Assembly (NCBI GenBank): GCA_030265395.1
Contig: JARFYF010000007.1
Location: 26,498,226 to 26,562,225 of the forward strand
Direction of reading: 5' to 3'
DNA length: 64,000 nucleotides
Origin: Rhina ancylostomus
Taxonomy: Eukaryota
Shown: piece after piece, positions 24,692 to 37,235 of the stretch
Position numbering within the stretch: the stretch's first letter is position 1
Layout of the letters: each line of letters opens with the position of its first letter
Position numbers and translations under genes: made by a program
The notes under the pieces: generated by a model
Databases searched by the model: none
Seen by the model: only the letters and a program-made list of their open reading frames with translations
Told to the model about the DNA's origin: nothing

Positions 24692-25694
24692 CTGGAGGGA
24701 AAGAAAGCATTAAGATTTTTATGATATTACTAGTCCCATTTGCAAACTCCAGGCAAAAAAGTCAAAAAGTTTACCTGCAGAATTTTCCATATACAACAGC
24801 TCTTTCAATTTGTCAACCACTTAATCTGTCCTTCCATCTGTACAATTACTTCTACTCCTGCTGTTCAATCACACCCATGACTACTTCTTTCACAATATTT
24901 AATCCCTACTGCTTGCAGATTGTTTGCAGATCTCAATTGCTTGCAGATCTCTCTAGGTCCATGCCCCTCCTGATGTTGGATGTCAATTCTGCCCTGAAAC
25001 AAAAGTTTAATGACGTGACACCTAACTAAACATGGCAGATCTTTTGAGAAAAGGGTGATCCTATGTTTTTTGGCTGTTAAATCTCTCCTATTCTCCCTTC
25101 CAACCTGTCTGTCCTTCTGAGAGCCTCAGCACTTGGGTAAATCAGTGCATATGGGTGCAGATTTAACTAATTTTTCTTACTAACTCTAAAGAGTTCTGAA
25201 AGGTTTTGCTGAAGATACATGTGAAAGAACTATACCAGAAGTTGTAGGTGTTAAGATTAGAACTTGTTAAAGGATAAAATGTAATAAATGGAGCTATTTG
25301 TGGAAGTTTCAACCTAGAGAAACTCATGCATCAAAACTAGCACAAATGTGGGTATAACGAAAAACTGGGGTCAGCTGCCCATGTGTAGCCTGTTCTGGAA
25401 AATTGGGTTGCATGTTAACATATGTTTATTTCCTAATTAGACTGATATTGCAATTCACTTTTAAATTTAACACCACATATATTGGCCACAACATTTTAGA
25501 CTCTGGATCTTACCAGTAGCTTTCATTGGTTAGTTATAAACAGAAAATGTTGGAAATACTTACCAGGTCATGCAGCATCGACAGAGAGAGACAGAGTTAA
25601 TGCTTCAGGTTGATGACCTTTCCTAAGAAAAAGTTTGTCAGGAACATCAATTATGTTAACTTTACCTGAGATGGAAATCAGTCAGAATGAGCGG

Positions 25695-27300
25695 GCAGAA
25701 AAAGCAACAAGATGCTGGAGGAACTTAGCAGGCCAGATAGCATCTGTGGAGAAAAGTGGGCAGTCAACGTTTGGGGGTCAGGACCCTTCTACAGGACTAG
25801 GGGAAAAGGGGAAGCCCAATATATAGGGGGGAAACTGAGCAGTGATAGGTGGACAAAGGAGGGGAGGTGGGATGGGCACAAGGTGGTGATAGGTAGATGC
25901 AGGTAAGAGATAGTGATAGGCAGGTGTGGGGGAGGAGGGAAGGGCAGACCCACCAGAGGATAGGTCAAAGGCAAGGAGGGAAAAAGGGGAGGTACAAAGA
26001 GAGATAGGCTAGGAAAGGGAAGGAAAGAAGAGGCATGTTTGGGGTGTTTGTGTGTGTTGGGGGGGGTGTTGTGGGGATTACTTGAAGTGGGAGAATTCAA
26101 TGTTCATGCTGTTAGGCTGCAATGTTCCAAGACGGAAGATGAGGTGCTGTTCCTCCAGTTTGTGCTTGGACTTCTCCTTGCAGTGGAGGGGGCCGAGGAT
26201 GATATATCTGCAATGGAGTGGGAGGGGGAGTTAAAGTGACTGGCAACGGGGTTTGCAGATCGCGGTTATGGATGGAACACAGGTGTCTGATGAACCAGTC
26301 ACGTAGTCTGCGTTTGATCTCGCCAATTTAGAGGAGGCCACACTTGGAGCAACAAGTGGGGTAGCTGATATTAGAGGAGGTGCAGGTGAATCTCTGTCTC
26401 ACCTGAAGGAACTGTTTGGGTCCCTGGACGGAGGTGATGGAGGTGGTGTAGGGTCAGGTGATGCACCTATGGCAGGGGCAGTGGAAAGTCCCTGGGATGG
26501 GAGTGGAATGGGTGGGAGTGAAGTGGGGAGTCACGGAGAGAGTGAAAGGCAGAAAGCAGTGGGGAGGGGAAGATATGCTTGGTGGTGGGGTCCTGTTGGA
26601 GATGGCAGAAGTGGCGGAGAATGATATGTTGGATATTTAGACTGGTGGGATGAAATGCGAGGACAAGGGGGACCCTATCCCTGTTAGGTCTGGGAGGGGT
26701 GGACATGAGAGTAGAGGTGCAGGAAAAGGCAGAGATGTGTGTGCAAACTCTTTTGACCACAGTCAGAGGGAAGCCACAGGTAGAAAAGTTGGACTTCTTG
26801 GATTCAAAGTGAAGTGATTCAAAGTGTCGTCATGGAAGCAGATGCAGTGAAGAAATTGAGACAAAGAGATAGTGTCCTTGCAGGAGACAGCGTGGGAGGA
26901 GCTGTAGGTGTTAGTGAGTTTTCAGAAGATGTTGGTGGATAAGGAATCTCCTGAGATGGAGACAGATGTCAGAGATTGTCCAAATGAATTGGAGAGCAGG
27001 GTGAAAATTTGTGGTGAAATTTATGAAGCTGTCGAGTTCAGCATGGGTATAAGAGGTGGCACCAATGCCGTCATTGATATAGCGGAGAAAGAGTTGAGGA
27101 ATCAGGCTGGAGTAGGCTTGGAACAGAGGCTATTCAACGTAGCAACAAGAGCGAGGATAGTCACATAGCTGTGAAACAGAGTCTGAGTGAGAACATGGTC
27201 AAGGAGCCAGAGAGCAGAGGATATCACAGAGGGGGAGCAGTGAGAGAGGGACTCACGAAGCTCCTGAAGAGAGGAAGAAATCTTCTTCAAAGTGGACATC
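25695..27300 (-). mobile_element. Penelope-like retroelement, 3' 1.6 kb, in GTF3A intron 1 (sense orientation)
   Basis: Minus-strand peptide DRVPLVLAFHPTSLNIQHIILRHFCHLQQDPTTKHIFPSP; GIY-YIG region; pyrimidine-rich 3' part; terminal repeat with a hammerhead-like fold. Confidence 0.8.
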
Positions 27301-28539
27301 CTTGAAGAAACTTCACAGTGGAGCAGTAATACTAGAGAAACAAAGGACTGCAGATGCTGGAATCTAGATGAAAAACACTATGATTCTGGAGGAACAGCAG
27401 GCCAGGCAGCATCTGTGGAGAAAAGCAGGCAGTCAATGTTTCATGTCAGGTCCTGGAAGTTGCTTTGGGAGGACCACCACCACGATCTTTCTGCATTTAT
27501 TAACCATAATGAGCTTAATCTTTTTCAACCATATTTATCTTTAAACTGGCCTCTGACCAGCAGATATGCAGCTATAGTTGGGAATTCAGTAATGATTGCA
27601 GTCATTAACCATTATTTCAATATGAAGACCCACACGGCAGCTCCTAGATCTACATCACCAGAACTCAGCATATGCTCTGCTAGCATGAAAAGACATTATA
27701 AACAGACATTCAGTATAAAGATTTTATCAAAGCTGCACATGTAATTGTTGCTATTCGCCATCTTTTTTTTAAAGAATTTAGTTTAACTGGTGAACACTGT
27801 ACGAATGATATTAGAATTTTAGGAATCAGAAATTCCATCACTATATTCTACACTGTTATGACTTGTGAAGTGATCCAAATACAAGCACACTTTACAAGTT
27901 ATGGTGCAGCGTATTCCATCAATAAATACTTGCTTCATTGAAAACATCTGCTACACATTATGGCAGAATGTGACAGTCCAGTTCTAACAATAGAATGTTT
28001 CTGAAAAATGTTCAAAGCTGTAACTGTTGGTCTATTTTTAACCCTACAAGTAGTATCTCACTGTCGGTTCGATTACCTGTGGGATCGGTGTCTGGTTAGT
28101 CAGCCTCAACTCCACACATAGTTCTATCAGGATATCAAAACAGTCTGGTGTCAGCAAGTGAAAGTCTCATAAGTGTAAAATTGTACTGCAAGATGCGACT
28201 CCAGTAACCAGCAGTGGTCTGCTGTGCTGAGAATTGCCATAGTCAGTATTTACTGCTGCCAAACCTTTAACCAATGTGGAACTACAGATGTAATTAAAGA
28301 CACACTCAAAGATCATTACAGAGATCAGCTTTTTTGGACAATTGGTGTGGTAGCAGCAAAGAGACCAAGTTACCAAGAAGTTGGATTAACAATCCAGAGG
28401 TGAGAGTTCAGATGAGGTAAAACTATGGAATTTAAATTTAATAAGTAATCTGGAATTAGGAAAAAGTATTGGTAATAATGACCACAAAGTCTGCCTAACT
28501 TATTAATGTCCTTTAGTGGAGGAACTCTACCATTCAAGA

Positions 28540-29880
28540 ATATCCCTATCCTTGACAATGGCAGGGCCCAGCAAGTGAGAGTGAAAACTAAGAATGCAAG
28601 CACATTCAGCCAAGTATTAAGTGGATGATCAAGAAGAAAATATTCCAGTGGTTAAATCCTACTTTACACATGAGAAGATGGGTATCATTGTTGAAAACCA
28701 ACCATCCCAGTCCCAGAGGACCACTGCAGGGGTTTACCAGAGCAGCATCCAGGCCCAGCTAACTTCAGCTGCTTCAATGTCCTTTTTATCATAATATCAG
28801 AAGCGAGGAATTTTGCAAAATATTCAATTCAATTTACAATCCCTCAGCAACTAAATTTGTCCATGCTGTCAGATCCGGTTATTTTCGAATGCACAGGTTC
28901 TTTCAGGAGTCCATGATTGAGTTGAAAACAACTTGGTGCTTCACAAAGTTTTACTGGAAAAGCTTAAAACAAAGAAACAGTCAGAGCACATGGCACTAGC
29001 TTTGATGAGCAGAGACAAAGGGAACAAAAGAAAGCTCAGGCCAGGTGGGAGGAGAGCAAGAGAGATTAACAAAATGACGACACCTTTTATACCTGAGATA
29101 AGGGATACTCCTTAGCTAACAATAGTCCAAATCAGGAAACCTATTAGATACTTGTGGCCAAAACAGCCAATGAAAAATAACACATTCACCTGATGGACAA
29201 ACAAAAGCTAGTAAGCGGCCATTCCTCATGTAACCACTTGATGTGTATTAAACCCTATACATGTTAAAAAAACTAATTAAAACAGTTGAATCCAACAATG
29301 CCCTCATGCAGCAAGAGGTAGACAACATGTGGGTATGGGGGAGTGGCAAGCAAAGTTCAGACCACAAAAGTCCTGGCCACTGCCCACTTCCAATAAAAAA
29401 GTGTCTACCCACCTACTCCTGATATTCAATGCCACTAATATTACCATCTCCTCATCTACATCCTGGGGAAACTCAGCTGATTTAACCACATAAATTCAGC
29501 GGCAGGATGGGCAGGGCAGAGGCTAGGTGATTCATCTCCCAGCACCCTGAGACCTTTCTCAATGCACATGGTTTTCACTTGTCTGAATGGGTACAGCAAC
29601 AACACTTAAACAGCTCAACATTCATGACAATGCAGCACTGCTTGACTTTCACTCATTTAGACTATTTTAAGAGTATGCCTCAAACCTACAAGATCTGCTA
29701 CCCAGGACAATGACTTCAAAACCCTACTCAGAGATTCCTTTCCAATTTGCACACCATCTGGAATAGCAAATAAATCACTGTTCCTTCATCGCCTGTGAAT
29801 AAAATCCTGGAAGTCTCTCCCCAACAGTATTGTGAGAGCATCTTCACCAGAAGGCATGCAGTGGTTGAAAGCAGAAGTCC
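28540..29880 (+). mobile_element. Highly decayed non-LTR element (same family as 39130-41780), host of the solo LTR
   Basis: Collinear similarity to 40560-41700 on both sides of the LTR. Confidence 0.55.
28867..29297 (-). mobile_element. Solo LTR (431 bp) with 4-bp target-site duplication ATGC
   Basis: ATGC|TGTCAGAT ... ATCCAACA|ATGC. TG...CA ends with a 6/8 terminal inverted match. On the minus strand: CCAAT box (29167-29171), TATAAAA (29085-29091), AGTAAA (28950-28955). It splits a LINE remnant (gtccatgc|cctcatgcagcaaga). Confidence 0.8.
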
Positions 29881-30127
29881 AGTAGGTTCTGACTTGCACA
29901 AACCAGATGCAGGCCAGATCCAATACAATCCAACCCATTGTTTTATGCGTCCAGAGTAAAGTGCTTTTGTCTTATTCTATCAAGGTAACATTGAAGCCCA
30001 AGTCATCAATAGTTAGGAATTGGTAGTGGTTGATGATGGCAAAACTAACTGATTCACTGGAAATCTCAGCCATGAGACTGATATGGAAATCAGAAATTGC
30101 CAAGGCTGCTCCTTTGTCTTCCACAGA

Positions 30128-30492
30128 TAGTGCAGAGGACCCCGGAGGCTGTTCCCCTAAATAACAGGTTTTCCACTTTGGAAGCTGTTGAGGGGGATGA
30201 CCTGCAGGGATCAGGCAGCAGTAGCCGGGTCTCTGGCACTAGGACTGGTCCTGCTGCTCAGAAGGGAAGGGAGGAGAAGAGGAAGGCAGTGGTGATAGGG
30301 GACTCGATTGTCAGGGGAAAAGGTGGTCTTGTGGAAGTGAACATGAACCCCGGATGATATGTTGTCTCCCAGGTGCCAGGGTCCAGGATGTCTCTGATCG
30401 GGTCCACCGTATTCTTCAGCGGGAGGGAACGCAGCCAGAGGTCATGGTACGTGTTGGTACCAACGACATAGGCAGGAAGGAGGATGAGGTCC
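30128..30492 (+). mobile_element. CR1 ORF1 fragment (SGNH/GDSL esterase domain)
   Basis: VPLNNRFSTL...AVVIGDSIVRG, then CCLPGARVQDVSDRV...VGTNDIGR, with one frameshift. Runs into a gap. Confidence 0.85.
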
Positions 30493-30592
30493 NNNNNNNN
30501 NNNNNNNNNNNNNNNNNNNNNNNNNNNNNNNNNNNNNNNNNNNNNNNNNNNNNNNNNNNNNNNNNNNNNNNNNNNNNNNNNNNNNNNNNNNN

Positions 30593-32490
30593 CCTTGCCA
30601 AGATCACACTTGGAGTATTGTTTGGTCTTAAGTTCTAAAGCATATATTTGGCATAAAGAGCACAGAAAGATTCAGACTATTTCCTGTTATGGCAGTTTTT
30701 CCATTTGAGGCAAAACTGAGTAGACTAGCCTCTCTAGAGTTCAGAAGAACAAGGAGCAACATCATTGAAGCTTGCAAAATTCAACAGGACTGATGCAAGA
30801 AAGCTTGTTCCACCAGCTGAGATACCCAAAACCTAAAGGCACAGCCTCACGTTGCATCGAGGGAAATGTGGATTCTCGGTCGTCGACTTCTTTCAAAAGA
30901 GAAATTGAGAGATTTCTGGATATTAAGGGAACAAAAGGATATGGGGATAATATAAGAGAATGAAGTTGAGGCAGAGAATTAGTTAGGCAGAGAACCCTTA
31001 ATCCCATCAGGAATATATTACTCCTGGACTCTTGACACCACACTCTTAATAGCCTCCAATGCCATTCGTTCCTTTCCCTTCAAGCAGGCTCACCCAATCG
31101 ACCTCTGCTAGATCCTGCCTAATTCACCTAAAATTAGCCCCACTCCAGTTTAGAATCCCAACCTGTGGACCTGTCCTATCCTTTTCCATCACCACCTTAA
31201 AACTAAAAAGAATAATGATCACTCGAGCTAAAGTGCTCCCTGACTGCCACTTTAGTTGCTTACCCTGCCTCATTCCCTAAGGGGAAGTCCAATATTGCAC
31301 CCTCCTGAGCAGGGCCTTCTATATATTGACTCAGGAAGCTTTCCTGGACACATTTCACAAATTCCACCCTGTCCAGGCCTTTAACACTCTGGGTAGTTCA
31401 GTCAATATTGGGGAAACTAAAATCTCCCACCCTATTATCCTTGCAACTATGAGCAATTTTTCTACACACCTGCTCCTCAAGTTCCCACCGACTACTATGA
31501 GGTCTATAATACGACCCAACTAGAGTGACCCACCCTTGTTTCCATGAGGTCTATAATACAGCCCCACTAGAGTGACCCTACCCTCTTGTTTCTGAGTTCT
31601 ACCTGTATTGCCTCACTAGAGATGATGTTCTTGGGGAATCATCTAAGTACCGCTGTTACATCCTCCCTTATCAAAGGGGCTATAACATCCCAGGCCTCTG
31701 AGCTAATCCATCCTACGAGTTTGATGCTTTAAACCTCATGCATCAGGTGGCTCTCGCTGGCTACTGCATTATCCTATGACTTGCTCCTGCTCGGAGTCTC
31801 ACCCCCTGCCAATAGCACAAAATTTTCAAGCAGATACAAACTACATTCCTTACCCATTGATTCTACTCTGGACTGCCCCAGGCTCAGGCTTCAGAACCTT
31901 TCGAGCCTCAGTCCACATTCTCTGTCACAGCAACTCCCAATTTCACCTCTGTAATATGGTCAAAGCTTAAGATGAAACTTTTTTTTTTGTTTGAGTCCGT
32001 CTGTTTGGTAGTTTCAATTCCATCTTACACCAACACAAGAGGCCCTCAAGCCTACTCCACCATTCAACATGGCCATGATCGATCTACCCCAGGTCACAAC
32101 TCCTCGTGTAACCGATTGATGTCAATGCTACCGTGGACCTCTAGGATCCGGCACGTTTCAATTAGATCAACCCTTATTCTACTGAACTCCAGAGAACACA
32201 GACCCAACTGGTTTAGTTTCTCGTGATAGAATATTCCTCTCATGCCAAAAATTAGTCTGGTGAATCCCTTTAAGACTGCCTGCACTGCTACCATATCCCT
32301 TCTTGATAAGGGAACCAAAATTGCACACTGTTGTTCATATGTAGCCTCAGCAACATCTTCTACAAATGTAACAAAACTTCCCTATTTCTAAACACCAAAC
32401 CCTTTGCGATAAAGGCCAAAATACCATTTATCCTCTTAACTATTTGCCGTACCTGCCCATTAATTTTTGTGTGATTCCATCATACAAAAN
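30593..32490. mobile_element. Cluster of CR1 fragments: 3' piece (+, about 30593-30990), endonuclease piece (-, about 31030-31680), 3' piece (-, about 32020-32490)
   Basis: RSHLEYC and EKLNQLGLCSLEFSRIRVDLIETCRIL peptides. A local tandem duplication of about 47 bp lies at 31497-31592. Confidence 0.75.
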
Positions 32491-32680
32491 NNNNNNNNNN
32501 NCCCAAACTTTGCTGCCCAAATTCTACGTCAATTCAAGACTCTCCACCCCTTTTCCTACTGCCGTCGTCAGGAAGCCCCTGGTTCAAGTTCTATCGTCGC
32601 CTTTCTACTCTCCACAGCCTCTGTTCTCCCGCTCTGATTTGCGACTTCAACAACCAGGCCCAGCGGAAGGCCATTCCTAC

Positions 32681-32950
32681 CTCCCCCGTGTGCCTACACA
32701 GATGAGCTTGTAGCCTCCAGTTCTTGGAAAACGTGGCTCCACAGCCGAAGGAGCAGATGAAGAGACTCCCCGACAATCTGCACCGCGTCGGCCCAGGTCC
32801 TTCTGTCAACTTCGCTCCTCCGTCAGCATCAACCACAGTCGGCTTCGGCTCTGGCTCTGTCTCTGTCTCTTCATCCCCATCCAGGCCGGCCGCCTCCTCC
32901 TCCAGGCTAGCGCCCACCTCCCCCACTGCGGCCGCTGCTCCACCGTCCAT
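32681..32950 (-). CDS. GTF3A: Transcription factor IIIA, exon 1 (acidic N-terminus + zinc finger 1)
   Basis: ATG at 32950. Translates MDGGAAAAVGEVG...FICSFGCGATFSKNWRLQAHLCRHTGE, matching TFIIIA finger 1. Donor GAG|gtagga at 32680. Within a CpG island. Confidence 0.93.
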
Positions 32951-33095
32951 GTGCGAGCCTCTTCGATCCAACCGCCACAATCCGGTCACCACCTGAAGCC
33001 ACGCCCACTTAGCCCGACCTCGTTACGTCAGACACAGCGGCTGCGCGCGCCCCGAACTTTGAACCGTTAGAGCACGTGGGTTGGACCGGACCCGG

Positions 33096-33147
<52 letters not shown>

Positions 33148-33240
33148 TGGGGGGGGGGGACTGCGCGCATGCGCGCTCTGTGAGAGCTGCGCGGTACCGG
33201 CTGAGTCCTGAGGTATTTTTCGGGTGGGTCGTGGCTTTGG
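32951..33240 (-). promoter_or_regulatory. GTF3A: GTF3A CpG-island promoter with CRE-like, E-box and NRF1-type motifs
   Basis: TGACGTAA on the minus strand (33023-33030), CACGTG (33073-33078), palindrome GCGCGCATGCGCGC (33163-33176) containing the NRF1 core GCGCATGCGC. Confidence 0.7.
33098..33145. repeat. (GT)24 microsatellite followed by a G-run, in the GTF3A promoter
   Basis: Directly visible perfect dinucleotide run. Confidence 0.97.
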
Positions 33241-33569
33241 CTTGTTATAGTGTGCAAGAGCATGGCAGCCCCTCAGAAATACTCTAAGTCAGACAGCATC
33301 TGTGGAGAAAGAAAAAAAATTGGACTTTCAGGTGGATGACTTTTCTGTGAAGGGTTCTTAAGATTTATTGTCCTGACTGAACATTGGCTCCTGTCAATGG
33401 TCAGTTTTAAGATCCTCATTCTTAACTCAACATCCCGGCCCCGTGGTCGAGCAGCCTTCCCCACCCAATGCCCAGGATCTCTCCGGCTCTATTCTCCTCT
33501 GGCATCTTGCAGCTACCTGCTTTTAGTCAAACATTGGAAGTCATGCCTTCTGCTGCTTAGGGATTATGT

Positions 33570-34420
33570 ACTCACGGAAAACAAAACAATGAGGCCGTGA
33601 AAAACAAACTGCTGGAGGAACTCCGGATCAGGCAGCATACTTGGAGGCAAAGGGATAGTCGACAATTCGGGTTGAGTCCTTGCATCAAGACTGAGAGCAC
33701 AGGAGAGATAGCCGGTATAAAGAGGTGAGAGGGAGGGGTGAGACAGCAGCTGGCAGGCACTAGGTAGAACTAGGCGAGGAAAGAGAGAGGATGACCAGAT
33801 GGAGCCAGATAAGAGAGGGGTGGAGTTGGTTGGTGGGTGATAATGTAGAGCTAGACAAGGAGAGAGAGGAAAAAGACACAGCCATATGAGGGGAGGGTGG
33901 ATGTCCAGATAGTGGCTGGAAGGTGGTAAGTGGAATCACAAGGAGGGTGCAGATGATGGAATCTGATAAGTAAGGAAGATAAGTGGTATAAGATAAGGAA
34001 AGTATGATGAGTTAAGTGAATCCAGTTAGGGGAGGGGATAAGGGACCCAACAGGTATAGTGTATGGATGATTGGCAGATGGAATGAGGTGGGGGTAGGTA
34101 ATGAAACTGGAAGACAGGGAGGGCTGGGAGAACCTGAGAGGATCAGGAGAGAGAAAGGAACATGGGGAATGCAGGTTTCCTGAAATTGGAAATTTCATTG
34201 TTTTGTACATTGGGTTATAGACAGATGAGGTGTTATTCTTTAAGTTTATGTTTGACCTTACCCTGGCAGTGAAGAATGCTGAGGACAGACAGGTCGGTAT
34301 GGGAAGGGGAATTGAAGTGACATGCAGCTGGGAGGTCAGGAATGGTCACTTGTTCTCGCCATTGTAGAGGAGGACACATTAAGAATACTGAATACCATAG
34401 ACAAGGTTGAAAGTGGATGT
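33570..34420 (-). mobile_element. Penelope-like 3' remnant just upstream of GTF3A
   Basis: Peptide ACHFNSPSHTDLSVLSILHCQG (GIY-YIG C-terminal part); purine-rich + strand; same terminal repeat as at 25700. Confidence 0.7.
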
Positions 34421-34999
34421 GAACCTTTACCCGGCCTGGCCAGTAAGACAGATTTTCTGTTACCCCAGAATTATTGATTACCTGCCTTTGGGATATATCT
34501 GTCACCGAGACAGTTTGGCATGGCAGAGTCCAATGTGAGAGCAGGCTGTCTGCACTTAGATGACATTTTTGCAGAATAGTTTTGCCAGCCAGTAAGGTCC
34601 CTCCTCAGGTTGATGTGCTGTCAAAAATTCTGTAGCATCTAGGACCTTTTAAAAATATATTTTTTAACTTTTCTACATTTAATTGCAAAACAAACACATT
34701 TAAAAACAACTAAAGCATCTAAATTCATTTGTGTAATTAAATAATTCTGCAGCACTGAATCCAGGACATTCTGTAAGTGGCTAAACAAGGGGATTGGATA
34801 CACCACATCTGGCCCCCCAGCTGTATATCTAGTGCAGCCACATTCATTCGAATGGGGCCACTAATCTTCATTTTCTTAATTGCAGTGAATATTTACGTTT
34901 CAGTTAATTACTTTCAGGTTCATGTGCTTTTAAATAAAGATATGGTTTTTTTACAAATCTAGGCCTACTGGCCCTTGCAGAAAGGCCACAGCAGTATGT

Positions 35000-37235
35000 T
35001 AGAACATAGAACAGTACGGCACAGGAACTGGCCATTCAGCCCACAATGTTGTGCCAAACTAATTAAACACCTAACTAAACTAATCCCTTCTGCCTGCACA
35101 TGGTCCATGTCCCTCCATTCTCTGCATATTCATGTGTCTATCTAAGAGCCTCTTAAATGCCTCTTATCATATCTGCTTCCACCACCCCTGGCAGCACATT
35201 CCAGGCACCCACCACTCTCTGTGTAAAAAAAAACTTACCCCACACCTCCCCTTTGAACTTTCCCCCTCTCACCATAAATGCATGCCCTCTAGAATTAGAC
35301 ATTTTGACCCTAGGAAAAAGATACCAGCTGTCTATTTATGCTTCTCATAATTTTATAAACTTCTGTCAGGTCTCCCCTCAGTCTCTTCTGTTCGACAGAA
35401 AACAACCCCAGTTTGTCCAACCTCTCCTTATAGCACATGCCCTCTAATCCAGTCAGCATACAGGTAAACCTCTTTTACACCCTCTCCAAAGCCTATACAT
35501 CCTTCCTATAGTGAAGCAACCAGTTTTGAATGCAATACTCCAGATGTGGTCTAACCAGAGTTTTATAAAGCTGCAGCTTAGCTTCCTGACTCTTGAACTC
35601 AGTGTCTTGACTAATAAAGGCAAGCATGCCATATGCCTTCTTTACCACCCTGTCAACCTGTTTTGCCACTTTCGGTGAGAAATGGACTTTGACCCCAAGA
35701 TCTTTCTGTACATCAACACTGTTAAGGGTCTTGTCATTTGACATTTGATGTTTGACCATAACATTCGATCTTGCAAAGTCCAACACTTCACATTTGGCCA
35801 GATTAAACTCCATCTATCATTTCTTCACCCATATCTACAACTGATCTATATCCTGCTGTATCGTTTTGCAATCTTCTACATTATCCACAATGCCACCAAT
35901 CTTTGTGTAATCTGTGAATTTACAAACCCACCCATCCAAATTTTCATCCAAGTCATTTAAATATATCACAAACAGCAGAGGTCCCAGTATGGATCCCTGT
36001 GGAATTACAGCCAGAATAAGTCCCATCGACCACTACCCTCTGTTTTCTATGGGCAAGCCAATTCTGAATCCAAATGGCCAATGCAACCCATGCATCTTAA
36101 TCTTCTGGATGAACCTACCATGAGATTACAACATCCACAGCTCCACCTCCATCAATTACCTTCATCACCTTCTTGAACAACTCAATCATTAGTAAGACAT
36201 GATTTACCCTACACAAAGCCGTGCTGACTTTCTTTAATTAGGCTATGCTTTTCCAAATGCTCATAAATCCCATCCCTAAAAATCCTCTCCAATAGCTTCC
36301 CTACCATTGATGTGAGACTTACCGGTCTACAGTTTCCAGGATTATCCCTATTTTCCTTGCTGAACAAAGGAACAACATTAGCTACTTGCCAGTCCTCCAG
36401 GACCTCACCTGTGGATAGAGAGGACATGAAAATCTTGNNNNNNNNNNNNNNNNNNNNNNNNNNNNNNNNNNNNNNNNNNNNNNNNNNNNNNNNNNNNNNN
36501 NNNNNNNNNNNNNNNNNNNNNNNNNNNNNNNNNNNNNTCCTCTTGCTCTTGATGTATGTATAGAATGCCTTGGGATTCTCTTTAATCCTACTTGCCAAGG
36601 ACTTTTCATGGCCCTTCCTGGTTCTCCTAAATCCCTTCTTGAATTCTTTTCTAGCTTCTTTATAATCCTCAAGGGCTCTGTTTGATTTTAGCTTCCTAAA
36701 TCTTACCTACACTTCCTTTATCTTCTTGACTAAATTCACCACCTCTCTTGTCATCCAAGGTTCTCTTACAATGCTATCCTTGTCTGTCTTTCTTACTGGA
36801 ACATACCTGTCTTCTATTTTGTGCAATTGGTCTTTAAACAATCTCCAAATGTCTGATGTGTATTTGGCCAAAAACAGCTGTTCCCAATTAACTTTCCCTA
36901 GATCCTGCCTAATACTCTCTTAATTCACCCTGCCCCAATTTAATACTCTCTTGCACGGTCCGTACTTATCCTCCTTCATAGCTATCTTAAAATTTAAGGA
37001 GTTGTGATCACTGTTCTTTAAATGTTCTCCCACTGAAAGCTCAGTCACCTGGCCTACCTCATTTCCCATTACCAGCTCCAGTATGGCCCCTCTACTTGAA
37101 CTAACGATATACTGATTTAAGAAACCCTCCTGGATGCACCTAACAAATTCAGCCTAAACCTCTTGCCATAAGGAGGTCCCAGTCTATACTGGAGAAGTTG
37201 AAGTCACCTACAGCAATAACCCTGTTGTTTTTGCA
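35000..37235 (-). mobile_element. CR1 LINE, about 2.2 kb of ORF2 plus 3' tail
   Basis: Peptides DWQVANVVPLFSK...CRPVSLTSMVGKLLE, IPQGSILGPLLFVIYLNDL...KFTDYTKIG, and LYKTLVRPHLEYC. Confidence 0.92.

Noticed and set aside
30097-30492. Esterase-like ORF as a host gene
   Set aside because: It is the frameshifted ORF1 SGNH domain of a CR1 LINE lying next to other CR1 pieces.
32724-32996. 90-aa Ser/Pro/Ala-rich + strand ORF
   Set aside because: It is the antisense shadow of the GC-rich GTF3A exon 1.
33009-33287. ORFs with HTHTHT and CVCVCV repeats
   Set aside because: They are translations of the (GT)n microsatellite.
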